64,000 nt of DNA from an uncultured Acidobacteriota bacterium (GTDB lineage Bacteria > Acidobacteriota > Thermoanaerobaculia > Gp7-AA8): the NCBI GenBank assembly GCA_963822445.1, contig CAWGHO010000003.1, positions 576,001 through 640,000 on the forward strand, in the 5' to 3' direction. A model generated the notes under the pieces. It did no database searches. It worked only from the letters and a program-made list of their open reading frames with translations, and had not been told where the DNA came from. Position numbers and translations under genes: made by a program. Below, in pieces: positions 49,310 to 58,761 of the stretch (position 1 is the first letter of the stretch; every line of letters begins with the position of its first letter).

Positions 49310-52300
49310 GCCGCCACCTCCGTGTGAGTGAAGAAGTCCGCCAGGGCGACGTGCGCGAGCTCGTCCGGTGCAGGGAGGGCGCAGATCCTCTCCGGTCCGG
49401 TCTTCTCGCGCTTGCATGCATTCGGATCGATGCCGAGAAGCGGATCGAGATCGACGGTGAAGGAGACGTCAACGGTCACGAGGAACATCTCGATCGAGGC
49501 CGTGCCGCTGACTTCGAGGTGGGTGAGGATGCTCTCCTCGCAGGCGAGCTTGAGCTGTGCCATCGCCTGCACGCGCACGAAGATGTTGACGATGCCGAGA
49601 ACGGAGGCTTTGAGCTCGAGGCGCGCCACCAGCGCGATCTCATCGAATGAGAATGACTCGTCTCCGCGCACGCCGTCGGGACTGAAGTCGAAGAGGTACG
49701 TCGCGTGCGGGCACCAGACGATGCCCAGCGTGATCGACACCGTTCCGTTCGCAACGCCGATGTCGAACGCGATGGCCAATCCACCCTCGCCGCTGATGCA
49801 GGCCACCGCCTGGAAGCAGACGCGCCGGAATGGGTTGGGGATGTCCAGACCCCCGGTCCTCGGCGGCTTCACCCGCACGGCGATCACGGTCGAAAAACGA
49901 ACCGTGAACGGCGTGACCGTGAGAGTCGGCGGACGCAGGTCCTTGAAGATGGCCCGGCCGATGTCCGGCAAGTCGAGGTCGAGCCACTTCAATCCTCCGA
50001 AGCCCTTCTTCGGCCAGTCGCCGAGGATGAACGTGAACATCGAGCCGGTATTGATGCCGGAGCGGGAGATGTCGATCGAGAGTCCGAGCCGAAAATCGAA
50101 CGTGAGATTTTCCAGCGAGCCGATTCCGAAGGGGATGCGCGGCACCGGCAGGCGCAGGCTGATCATGAAACCCTTCAGACCATCGAGGAGATCGAATCGG
50201 AAAGGCGATTTGCTGCTCCCGCTGTTGCTGCCGCCGCCGTTTCCGCCTCCGAACCCGAGGAGGCCCTTCAGTTTTTCGAGGAGCAATTCGAAGACGATCT
50301 TGAGGAGCTCGCCGCATGGCTCGAGATCGCCCGGCTTGAACGACACTGACTCGCCGGGCTTCGATTGAATGCGGCAGTTCTTCAACACGAGCAGACCGGG
50401 TACGCCGACGTCGGCCATGAGCGTCACGTCGTAATCAGCGGGGTCCTCGAAGCTCTTTTTGAACGTCGCGTTGAACGAACGCGGCGCGATCTTGATGCGG
50501 AAGGCGAGCGTCCCCTCGCACACATCACTGACGCCCTTGGTGAGCTCCGGAAATTCCACGCTCGCATCGACTTCGACCTCGGTCTTCTGATCGCGTTTGA
50601 GGTCGGGCGAGTCAGGGGTGTGGACCTGCTTGTCGTGTATGCGGATCCGCTCGTGGATGGTGAGCGTTCCCTCGTTGTCGAGGAACTCGTCGCTCTCGCC
50701 TCCGAGGACGAGTTGCAGAAGGCCGACGTCGCGAAGCTTGATCTTCCTGCGGAACGTGTGCTCCGCCTTCGCGTTGAGCTCGAACGTGTCGTTGCGCCGC
50801 AAAGGCCGGTCGACGCGCACGACTCCGTCGCCGAGGGTGAGGGCGGTCGCGGCATACTCGGGGACCTCGTCACCGGTGGTCGCGCACCATTTCCCGTCGT
50901 TGGGATTCATCGTGTTGTCGTAGGTGACTGCGACCGCGCGCGAGTCGAGGGTCATGCCGGAGACATCCTCGAGCTCGCCGCGCGCAGTGACCTCGATCTT
51001 GGGCACGTTGGCGGTGCAGCCGGGGATCGGATCGCAAGGCTTCTCGGCGTTGCCCTTCGCCGTCGCGTGCCAGATGACCTGGTGCAGCCGCATCGGCGTG
51101 TCATGAAAGAGCGTGAGCGCCTGAGGCTCACGCAGCGGTACGGTCTGCGTGAGGAATCGCGCGAGCGAAGGGTCGGCGATCACCGTGATCAGACCGATGC
51201 CCTGCAGCGTCCGGTCGCGATCGACCCAGCGCTGATCTCCATTCTTGTAGTCGATGTCGGCCTTGAAGAGCAGCGGCTCGTTCGGGTTGAAATTGACGGA
51301 ATTGATCGGCCGCAGGTTGGCGACTGTGATGTTGCCTTTGTCGCCGTACGTCTTCGATGGCTCGTTGAACCACCATTTCGTGCAGTACCGAAGCTTCCCG
51401 TTTTCCTGACGCGAGGTGAGGGTTAGGACGTTGTAGACGATCCCGTACGGCAGCAGCAGGTCGGCGAAGATGGCGTAGTTCTTCTGGTAGCGGCCGAGAA
51501 AACCGTGCAGCACGAGCTCCTGCATTCCGATCTCACGAACCTCGTTTTGCCAGTCGAATCCGATCGTCCCGCCGATGGGCGAGAGCGCGATCTCGGTTCC
51601 CGGTCTGCGCAGGGCGCGTTGGATCGACGGATTCTTCGACGGAACGACCTGCTCGTCGAAGGCAGTCCTCACGCACGACCGCAACGCTTGTGGATCGAGA
51701 TCCACGACATCGAACGCGTCGTTCACGGGCCGCATCCTGTCGGCGGCGATGGCGCGATACGGCGCGAGCGTACCGGCGAGGCAGCGTTCGTCGGGAGCCC
51801 AGTCGCGGTCCCGCAGAGGCACCAGCGTGCCATCGATGCCGAAACCGGCGTAGATGGCGCGAGTCGTCGCCCCACCTTCCGCGCCCGCCAGGGCGCTGAA
51901 GAGCTCCGCGGGAGAATGGGCGTCGCCGGCCGCCTCGCCGCTCGTTCGCGGCTCCCACATGGTGAGCTCCTGAAAGGCCGGATTGGCATTGTCCTGCCAC
52001 CTTCCGAAATCGAAGTCGCGATGTTCACGGAGCGAGAACGGTGGCAGAGCGATCGTTTTCTGTACGCGTGGCAGTGTCGCCGGCACGGCGGCGCGGAATG
52101 CCTCCTGGGCCAGCGCTACGATCTCGTCGTTCGACGCCGTGACATCGTCGACGGGATCGAGAATGCGGTAACGATCGCGATCGATCTCCCACCGAATCGT
52201 GGCCGGTCTCGCGAGCGCGATCAGGTCGCCCCGGTAGTCGTCCGTCGCCGGTGGCGTGTTCGTTTTGGTCGCTTTGAGATGCACCCAGTCGCCCGCGGCC

Positions 52301-53850
52301 GAGGGCATGCTGCTCCGCCCGGCCCATGCGGCTTCGGCGGTCTCGAAAACCAGCGTGCTGGTGTCCGCGACGTACTTGGGGCCATCCACATGAAACAGGA
52401 TGTCGAGCTCGCGCGCCGCGCGGATCCGCGCGAAAAGATCGGCGACGAGCACGAGGTCGGACGTCGCCGCCGATTCTCCTGCTGTCAGGCGCCCGCGGCC
52501 ATCGAAAACGGCGTGCTGGATGACGTTTCCGCCGTTCGGAGTGATCGCGAGCCGCGGGGCGAGCTGTCCAGTGACCGAACGAAAGACGAGCGTCGCACTC
52601 GTGAATTCGTGCTCGGTCGAGCGCGAAATCACTGTGCCTTTCTCGCGCACACTCGTGGCGACTCGTGCACGGACGACATCGTTGGACCGGACCTCGAGCT
52701 CGATGCGTGATCCGCTGCGAGGCAGCGCGATTCCGTCGAGAAGCGGCCAGATCTCGCCACCGGTTGCCTCGAAACAAAACGCCGCCGATAGTTCGGCAGG
52801 CAGCGTGGTCGTTTCGGCGGGCATGTCTGAAACCCACGCGAACGCGAAGACGTTCGCGGTATGGAAGTGCGACTCGGCGAGTACGACGCTCCCGATGACC
52901 GCGCCGCCACGCCGCCGTTCCAGCGTCGCGCCGGCGGGAATGAGCAAATCGACGAAACCCGGCCGGACCCGGACGGTGACGGTCTGCTGCGCGACGCGCA
53001 CCACGCTCACGTCGCCGTCGGGATGGGCCATTACATCGACCTCGATGGCATGGGGCAGCGGGTACTCGACGAGCGTCCAGCGAAGCTCGCGAGCTGGTCC
53101 ACCGCAATCGCTCAGGTCTCCGCGCCCGGAGCGCAGCGCCGGCTCGCGGTGAAAGCGATAGGCCTGGGCGGTCGTCGCACCCGTCGGGCGGACGAGCAGA
53201 TCGAGCTGCGGCCATCGAGCGGCAACGGTGGGCAGGGTCGAGCGTTCGGGCGTCTGACAGACCTCTGGACGCACGCAGAAATCGAACTTCAGGAGCTGAT
53301 CGCGATCCGCTTCCCGCTCGATGCGCTTTTTCGGACGGGGTGCTCCTGACACGTCGACCGTCATCGGCACGGCTTCGCCGAGCGTCGGGAAGAGAAGCTG
53401 CGGTGTCACTTCCAGAGTGAAGTCGCCGCTCGGTGCCGCGCGCAGGACGTCACTGCGCGCGATGTCGTGTTCCCGGAAGATGCGGGTGCCGGCCTTTGCG
53501 TCGATGACGACCCATACGTCGTGCATCTCCACCTGATCCGAGTCGATTTCGTCCGGGCCGGTCCCATCGACCATCGTCGCCGCGACCGCCGGGAACTGAA
53601 TGCGATTTGCCCAGATCGGAATCGGGAAGCGGGTGATCTTGCTCGCGTCGTGTGTCGTATGCACGACGAAGTCGCCTGCGGTCGAGGGGAACACCCATCG
53701 GACGGGCTTTCGAAAGCCGCTCAGCAACGAGCGGCATGCGCCGAGGATCGCGGCGGAGAACCCTTGCACTAGCCCTCGCGCGATCGTTTGCGTCTGTGTT
53801 CCCGCGGTGAAGCCGAATTGAAGGAACCGCCGCCGCGTGACGCCTTTCAT
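49306..53850 (-). CDS. Giant uncharacterised protein A (1514 aa) with a twin-arginine signal and possible lipobox
   Basis: MKGVTRRRFLQFG...SAAILGAC; C-terminal third is a run of amphipathic beta-strands (AFDIGVANGTVSITLGIVW, LKASVLGIVNIFV). Confidence 0.85.
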   Translation of the reverse strand: MKGVTRRRFLQFGFTAGTQTQTIARGLVQGFSAAILGACRSLLSGFRKPVRWVFPSTAGDFVVHTTHDASKITRFPIPIWANRIQFPAVAATMVDGTGPDEIDSDQVEMHDVWVVIDAKAGTRIFREHDIARSDVLRAAPSGDFTLEVTPQLLFPTLGEAVPMTVDVSGAPRPKKRIEREADRDQLLKFDFCVRPEVCQTPERSTLPTVAARWPQLDLLVRPTGATTAQAYRFHREPALRSGRGDLSDCGGPARELRWTLVEYPLPHAIEVDVMAHPDGDVSVVRVAQQTVTVRVRPGFVDLLIPAGATLERRRGGAVIGSVVLAESHFHTANVFAFAWVSDMPAETTTLPAELSAAFCFEATGGEIWPLLDGIALPRSGSRIELEVRSNDVVRARVATSVREKGTVISRSTEHEFTSATLVFRSVTGQLAPRLAITPNGGNVIQHAVFDGRGRLTAGESAATSDLVLVADLFARIRAARELDILFHVDGPKYVADTSTLVFETAEAAWAGRSSMPSAAGDWVHLKATKTNTPPATDDYRGDLIALARPATIRWEIDRDRYRILDPVDDVTASNDEIVALAQEAFRAAVPATLPRVQKTIALPPFSLREHRDFDFGRWQDNANPAFQELTMWEPRTSGEAAGDAHSPAELFSALAGAEGGATTRAIYAGFGIDGTLVPLRDRDWAPDERCLAGTLAPYRAIAADRMRPVNDAFDVVDLDPQALRSCVRTAFDEQVVPSKNPSIQRALRRPGTEIALSPIGGTIGFDWQNEVREIGMQELVLHGFLGRYQKNYAIFADLLLPYGIVYNVLTLTSRQENGKLRYCTKWWFNEPSKTYGDKGNITVANLRPINSVNFNPNEPLLFKADIDYKNGDQRWVDRDRTLQGIGLITVIADPSLARFLTQTVPLREPQALTLFHDTPMRLHQVIWHATAKGNAEKPCDPIPGCTANVPKIEVTARGELEDVSGMTLDSRAVAVTYDNTMNPNDGKWCATTGDEVPEYAATALTLGDGVVRVDRPLRRNDTFELNAKAEHTFRRKIKLRDVGLLQLVLGGESDEFLDNEGTLTIHERIRIHDKQVHTPDSPDLKRDQKTEVEVDASVEFPELTKGVSDVCEGTLAFRIKIAPRSFNATFKKSFEDPADYDVTLMADVGVPGLLVLKNCRIQSKPGESVSFKPGDLEPCGELLKIVFELLLEKLKGLLGFGGGNGGGSNSGSSKSPFRFDLLDGLKGFMISLRLPVPRIPFGIGSLENLTFDFRLGLSIDISRSGINTGSMFTFILGDWPKKGFGGLKWLDLDLPDIGRAIFKDLRPPTLTVTPFTVRFSTVIAVRVKPPRTGGLDIPNPFRRVCFQAVACISGEGGLAIAFDIGVANGTVSITLGIVWCPHATYLFDFSPDGVRGDESFSFDEIALVARLELKASVLGIVNIFVRVQAMAQLKLACEESILTHLEVSGTASIEMFLVTVDVSFTVDLDPLLGIDPNACKREKTGPERICALPAPDELAHVALADFFTHTEVAA

Positions 53851-54005
53851 GGACGATCGTCCTTCGCGTGCGAACCAATTCCTTCCCGGAAGTCCGCGAT
53901 CGTCTGGCCTAGCGCCCGCCCGAGCTTCGGCAGGCGCGCCGCGCCGAAAAGGAGGATAAGAATGAATACGACGAGGACGAGCTCCGGTGCTCCGAGACCG
54001 AACAT
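53847..54005 (-). CDS. tatA: Twin-arginine translocase TatA/TatE family subunit (52 aa; not in the ORF track)
   Basis: Manual translation MFGLGAPELVLVVFILILLFGAARLPKLGRALGQTIADFREGIGSHAKDDRP*: TM helix, FG hinge, amphipathic helix. Its TGA overlaps the ATG of protein A. Confidence 0.93.
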   Translation of the reverse strand: MFGLGAPELVLVVFILILLFGAARLPKLGRALGQTIADFREGIGSHAKDDRP

Positions 54006-54092
54006 TTCATCACCCCGGAGGTGAGAAGGACGCGTTCGCGAGATTTCCCCTGCGGGCTGGGACCTCCAGCGTGTTTCTGGAGTTACCGCACC

Positions 54093-54410
54093 ATGCTCTC
54101 GGAGTCCCTTCGCCTCGCGCTGATGATCTCCGGCTGTGCTTTTCTCGGCTCGCTCGAATCGATCGTCCCGCTCTATCGGGCCGGGGAAGGGCGCGTTCGC
54201 CGCGCGCTGCCCAACGTCGGCCTGACCGTCTTGCTGCTCGTGACGAATCTCGCGCTGTACTTTGCTGCGGCTTGGGCCGGGTCACAGTGCGAGACGCAGA
54301 CACCGGCGTGGTAGCACTTCGTGATCGCTTTCGCCGCGTCCACCACCCACTCCGATGAAGCGGTCGATGTCACCACCGCGTCCGGCAGCATCCCGGCGAG
54401 ACCGTCTGGC
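54093..54410 (+). pseudogene. Decayed sterol desaturase/fatty-acid hydroxylase gene
   Basis: N-terminus LESIVPL...LPNVGL, stop at 54314, then broken remnants of the His box (RVHH, HSDEAVDVTTA, RQHPGE) in different frames; the rest is missing. Confidence 0.65.
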
Positions 54411-54740
54411 GCCGATCCCCCGGCCGGAAGCATTTCGCGATCGTGAGGCATTCGCGTTGTCTCTACCGCCGTGCCCGCTGTCGGTTCTCCGGGTGGGTAC
54501 ATCGGCCACCGCCGCTGCTGCTGTTCTCGCCATTCGGCGATTCCTACTCCGTACGCGAGAAAGAGGTCTTGGCGACGCTCAGGGACGCAGAGCTCCGCCG
54601 CCCGGAAAGAGTGAAATGCCCGGCGAATCCCGCGAAGTAGCTCCACCTGCCGCAGGAAGGCGACCAGTGCCATTGCTCGCGCGCTCGGTACGCCACCGGC
54701 GACGCGCCGCTGCGCTGGTTCCCATCCGAGGAAGTCATCG

Positions 54741-57700
54741 TCACGCGGCATCTTCGTCCTTCGTGCTCGTCACGATTTCGAGCAGCCTGACCACGTGGCT
54801 TTCGAATTCGGCGAGACTGCCCCGGCTCTTCGTCAGGAACTCAGTGGGGCCGAGCTGCAGGCGCGCCTGATCGGCATGTCCGACATCGATCGCCGAGTAA
54901 ACGAGCAGGGGGACGCGTCCGAGGCTCGCAGACTCCCGCAGGTCGTTGACGACCGCGAAGCCGTCCATGTCCGGGAGGGTGAGATCGAGAACGATCAAGC
55001 TCGGCTGGTGTTGCCGGCAGACCCGGATGGCCTCGCCGCCCGTGCCGGCATGAAGAGTCCGGAAACCGCGGCTCTGAAGTGCCGTGGCCATGACGCCCGC
55101 CAGGTCGAGATCATCTTCGACGACGAGAATCGGAGGGGCGCTGGAGTGGTCCTGGTCCTGATTCGCGGTTGCCGGCTGCGCCACGATCGGCGAATTCGCC
55201 AGAGGAATCGTGAACTCAAACCGGCTGCCCGCGGGCTCGTTCTTTTCCGCCCAGATCCGGCCGCCGTGCGCATTGACGATGCTCTGGCAGATGGCAAGAC
55301 CGAGTCCCGAGCCGCCTTTGTCCCGCGAGTCCGAAGCATCCACCTGGCTGAAGCGGTCGAAGATCGTCGCCAGCTTCTGGTCGGGGACGCCTCGACCCTG
55401 ATCGGCGACGCAGAACGCGAAGTCCGCCTCTCCCGCTGTCCCGGACAACGTGACGGTCGTATTCCGTGGCGAAAACTTGATGGCGTTGCCGAGCAGGTTG
55501 GTGAGCGTCTGGATGATCCTGTCGCTGTCGCCCCGGATCGTTTCGGTCGACGTGGTCATGACGAGGCTTACCCCCGCCTCGTCGGCCATGGACTGGACTC
55601 CTTCGATGGCCTGCACCATGACCGCGCCTGCATCGACGGGCGCGAGTGTCAGCTCGACCCTGCCGGACTCGATCCGTTCCAGATCGAGAATGTCATTGAT
55701 CAGCCGGACCAGGCGATCGGTATTGCTCAGGGCGATCTGCAGCATCCGCTGCCCCTTGTCGGCGACCGGGCCGAGCATCCCGCTGCTCAGGAGGCCGAGC
55801 GCGCCGCGGATCGACGTCAGCGGCGTGCGTAATTCGTGACTGACAGTCGAGACGAACTCGCCCTTGATACGCTCGATGGCTTTCTGTTCGGTGACGTCAC
55901 GGAAAGTGACAGCGACGCCCGTCACGCGTTCCCTGCTGTCCAGGATCGGAGCGGCGAGGTAGTCGACCGGAAACGACGTGCCGTCCTTTCGCCAGAACAC
56001 CTCATGGCTGACCTGTCGCACGGCGCCATCGGCGAGGGTACTGAGGATCGGACAGTCGCTTTCGGGATAGGGGCCGCGCAGCGTCGCGTGATGCATCGTC
56101 GCGTGAGCCGGCCGGCCTACCAGTTCCGTCGCCTCCCAGCCGAGCATTCTGGCTGCCGCCGGATTCGCCATCGTGATGGCTCCCGACGGATCGACTACAC
56201 AGACGCCGTCGGCGATCGAGTTGAGGATCAATTCGTTCTTCAGGCGGAGCAGCGTGTTGACCTCCGCCACAGCTTCCGCGGCGTCTTTGCCGGCGCTCAG
56301 CTCCGCGGTCTGTTCGGCGACACGGCTCACCAGACGCCGCTCGCTCTCCCGGAGCAGGCTGAGTCGCACCCTGAAGGCGGCCAGCACCGCGCCGAACAGA
56401 CAAACGCCGCATGCGATCCGGAACCACAACGTCTGATAGAACGCCGCCCGAAACTGAAACCGCACAGGATTGCCGGCGCCGGCCCAGACCCCGTCGTTGT
56501 TGCTGCCCATCACCTCGAACCTGTAGTTCCCGGGAGGCAGGTGGGTATAGAAGGCGGTGCGACGCGTGCCCGCTTCGACCCAGGCGTCGGAAAAGCCCCG
56601 CAGCCGGTAGCGGAACCGCACTTTGGCCGGCGAGAGGAAGCTCAGCGCCGTGTAGTGAATCTCGAGACTGTGCCGGCCGGGGCCCACGGCGAGCTGATTG
56701 CCGGAGACGTTCACCGCTTTTCCGTCGAGCAGGACTTCCTCGGTCCAGACCTGGGGAGCCATCGTATTGAACGCGATGTTGTTCGGATCGATGATGGCCA
56801 CGCCCTTCACCGTGGCGAAGTAGAGACGTCCATTCCTTCCCGCCCACGCTCCCGGAGACCCGCCGTTGCATTCTGCGGACTTCATCCCGTCAGTGGCATT
56901 GAAGGTGGTGGAGTGCACACGTTTGATCCGGCCATCGGCAAAATCATTCAGCTCGCGAAGACTGACCCGGAAGATCCCGCGATTGCAGGTCATCCAAAGG
57001 TAGCCGCTGCGGTCTTCCACGATGGCGAAGACGAGCTCATTGAACAGGCCGTCTTTGACCGTGATCGATGTAACGCGGCCGTCTTTGATTCGATTGAGGC
57101 CACCTCCGTAGGTGCCGATCCAGTGGCCGCCCTGCCGATCGTGATGAAGGGAGCGAACGAAATTGCTGGACAACCCGTGCTGCACGCCGTAATTCGTGAA
57201 GACGCCGTCCTTCAGGACACTCAGTCCGCCGTCGGTCCCGATCCAGAGGCTGCCGTCAGGTGCTTCGGCCAGGGACGAAATGACGTTCCCCGGAAGGCCA
57301 TTCTTCCTGTTGAATACCTTGAAGACTCCATCGCGGTAACGGGCCAGCCCACCTCCCCGCGTTCCTATCCAGATGTTTCCCTGACGGTCCTCGACCGTAA
57401 TGCGTGCCGTATTGTCAGGAAGCCCTTCGGAGGTCTGATAGACAGTCACCTTTCCGTGCTTGTAGAGATTGACCCCCGAATTCGTTCCCAGCCAGATCCC
57501 TCCGGTGCGGTCCTCCATCACCGACCGGACGGCGTCTGAAGACATTCCGTCGCGAACGGTCACGGTTGTCATCACGCCGTCTTTCCATCGTGAGAAACCG
57601 CCGCTCGTTCCGATGAGCAGCGAGCCATCCCGCGCCTCGCGAACGCTCCACACCTGGTCGGAGTTCAGTCCTTCCAGACGGCCGATGGTCGTGAACTTGG

Positions 57701-58742
57701 AGGGGCGGAGCTGACTGACTCCTTCTCCGGATGTTCCCACCCACAAACTACCCTCCCGGTCCTCCATCAACGACATGACCGTGGCCCGAGAGAGCCTGTG
57801 TTGCGTTCCGAAGGAGGTGAACCTTCCCCTGGAGTAGCGATTGAGACCGCCTTCCGTTCCGATCCAGAGATTCCCGTCGCGATCCTCTCGAATGGATCTC
57901 ACGTAACGGCCGGAGAACCCATCCGCCCCTGAAAAGGTCGTGATCTTCCCGTCACGGATCCTGTTCAATCCCACGGCCGTCCCGATCCAGAGATCGCCCC
58001 GGCGATCCTGATGGATGGCCACGACGACGTTGTCTGACAGGCCGTCGCTCGACGTAAAGGTCGTCACAGCTCCCCGATGGAGACGCTTCAATCCTCCGCC
58101 GTTCGTCCCCCACCACAACGCGCCGTCGCGTGTGACGTGAGTCGCGTTGATCCAGCTCGCCGCTGAGCCGTCGGTGACGTTGTATGTGCTGAATCGTCCA
58201 TGCCGATGGCGATTGAGTCCCGATCGCGTTCCCACCCAGATGGTGCCGTCAGGCGTCTCGGACATGGAGTACACGGCCCCCTCGCGCAAGCCGTCTCGCG
58301 TCGAGTAATGAGTCATCCGGTGGTTCTTGTATCGCGCCACGCCGCCGCCGACAGCGATCCACAGCGAGCCGTCACGGGACACGAGCAGGGCATGAATGTT
58401 CTGGCGATCGAGGAACGTCGTGTAGCGCACGCCGTCGAACCGGGCCAGGCCCTCCTCGGTCGCGAACCAGAGATATCCGTCCCTGGTCTGCGCGATCGCG
58501 GAGACCGTGTTCTGGGGCAATCCGTCATCGGACATCCAGAAGCTCAGACCGTACTGAGTGTTCAGCGTGGACGGATCGAGAGCCAGCAACTCTGTCGCGG
58601 AAAAAAGCAATGCGCCTGAGATGAAGACAGTGAGAAAAATGCCGCGCGCCGTCTTCGGACGCCGGATCTTCGGAGACTCACGCGGCATGGACATGAGTGC
58701 ACCTGGGTGCCCGGGAAAATACAGACGGACTTCCGGGGTCAT
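54741..58742 (-). CDS. Hybrid sensor histidine kinase: beta-propeller (Reg_prop)/Y_Y_Y ectodomain, TM, PAS, HisKA, HATPase, REC
   Basis: Many D..G.LWIGT repeats, YRLRG..W, LPPGNYRFEV, SHELRTPL, NAIKFS, GSGLGL, C-terminal REC. Start uncertain. Confidence 0.93.
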   Translation of the reverse strand: MTPEVRLYFPGHPGALMSMPRESPKIRRPKTARGIFLTVFISGALLFSATELLALDPSTLNTQYGLSFWMSDDGLPQNTVSAIAQTRDGYLWFATEEGLARFDGVRYTTFLDRQNIHALLVSRDGSLWIAVGGGVARYKNHRMTHYSTRDGLREGAVYSMSETPDGTIWVGTRSGLNRHRHGRFSTYNVTDGSAASWINATHVTRDGALWWGTNGGGLKRLHRGAVTTFTSSDGLSDNVVVAIHQDRRGDLWIGTAVGLNRIRDGKITTFSGADGFSGRYVRSIREDRDGNLWIGTEGGLNRYSRGRFTSFGTQHRLSRATVMSLMEDREGSLWVGTSGEGVSQLRPSKFTTIGRLEGLNSDQVWSVREARDGSLLIGTSGGFSRWKDGVMTTVTVRDGMSSDAVRSVMEDRTGGIWLGTNSGVNLYKHGKVTVYQTSEGLPDNTARITVEDRQGNIWIGTRGGGLARYRDGVFKVFNRKNGLPGNVISSLAEAPDGSLWIGTDGGLSVLKDGVFTNYGVQHGLSSNFVRSLHHDRQGGHWIGTYGGGLNRIKDGRVTSITVKDGLFNELVFAIVEDRSGYLWMTCNRGIFRVSLRELNDFADGRIKRVHSTTFNATDGMKSAECNGGSPGAWAGRNGRLYFATVKGVAIIDPNNIAFNTMAPQVWTEEVLLDGKAVNVSGNQLAVGPGRHSLEIHYTALSFLSPAKVRFRYRLRGFSDAWVEAGTRRTAFYTHLPPGNYRFEVMGSNNDGVWAGAGNPVRFQFRAAFYQTLWFRIACGVCLFGAVLAAFRVRLSLLRESERRLVSRVAEQTAELSAGKDAAEAVAEVNTLLRLKNELILNSIADGVCVVDPSGAITMANPAAARMLGWEATELVGRPAHATMHHATLRGPYPESDCPILSTLADGAVRQVSHEVFWRKDGTSFPVDYLAAPILDSRERVTGVAVTFRDVTEQKAIERIKGEFVSTVSHELRTPLTSIRGALGLLSSGMLGPVADKGQRMLQIALSNTDRLVRLINDILDLERIESGRVELTLAPVDAGAVMVQAIEGVQSMADEAGVSLVMTTSTETIRGDSDRIIQTLTNLLGNAIKFSPRNTTVTLSGTAGEADFAFCVADQGRGVPDQKLATIFDRFSQVDASDSRDKGGSGLGLAICQSIVNAHGGRIWAEKNEPAGSRFEFTIPLANSPIVAQPATANQDQDHSSAPPILVVEDDLDLAGVMATALQSRGFRTLHAGTGGEAIRVCRQHQPSLIVLDLTLPDMDGFAVVNDLRESASLGRVPLLVYSAIDVGHADQARLQLGPTEFLTKSRGSLAEFESHVVRLLEIVTSTKDEDAA

Positions 58743-58761
58743 CGTTTCATCGGCCGCTGTC

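Noticed and set aside
44624-53850. Giant proteins as NRPS/PKS, Rhs/YD toxin, Tc toxin or contractile injection system components
   Set aside because: No adenylation, KS, YD-repeat, tube, sheath or VgrG motifs are recognisable, and no such genes are adjacent.
54173-54751. Minus-strand ORFs downstream of the propeller kinase (54173..54751, 54544..54744)
   Set aside because: No recognisable motif and atypical composition; the longer one overlaps the pseudogene. A small coupled peptide cannot be excluded.
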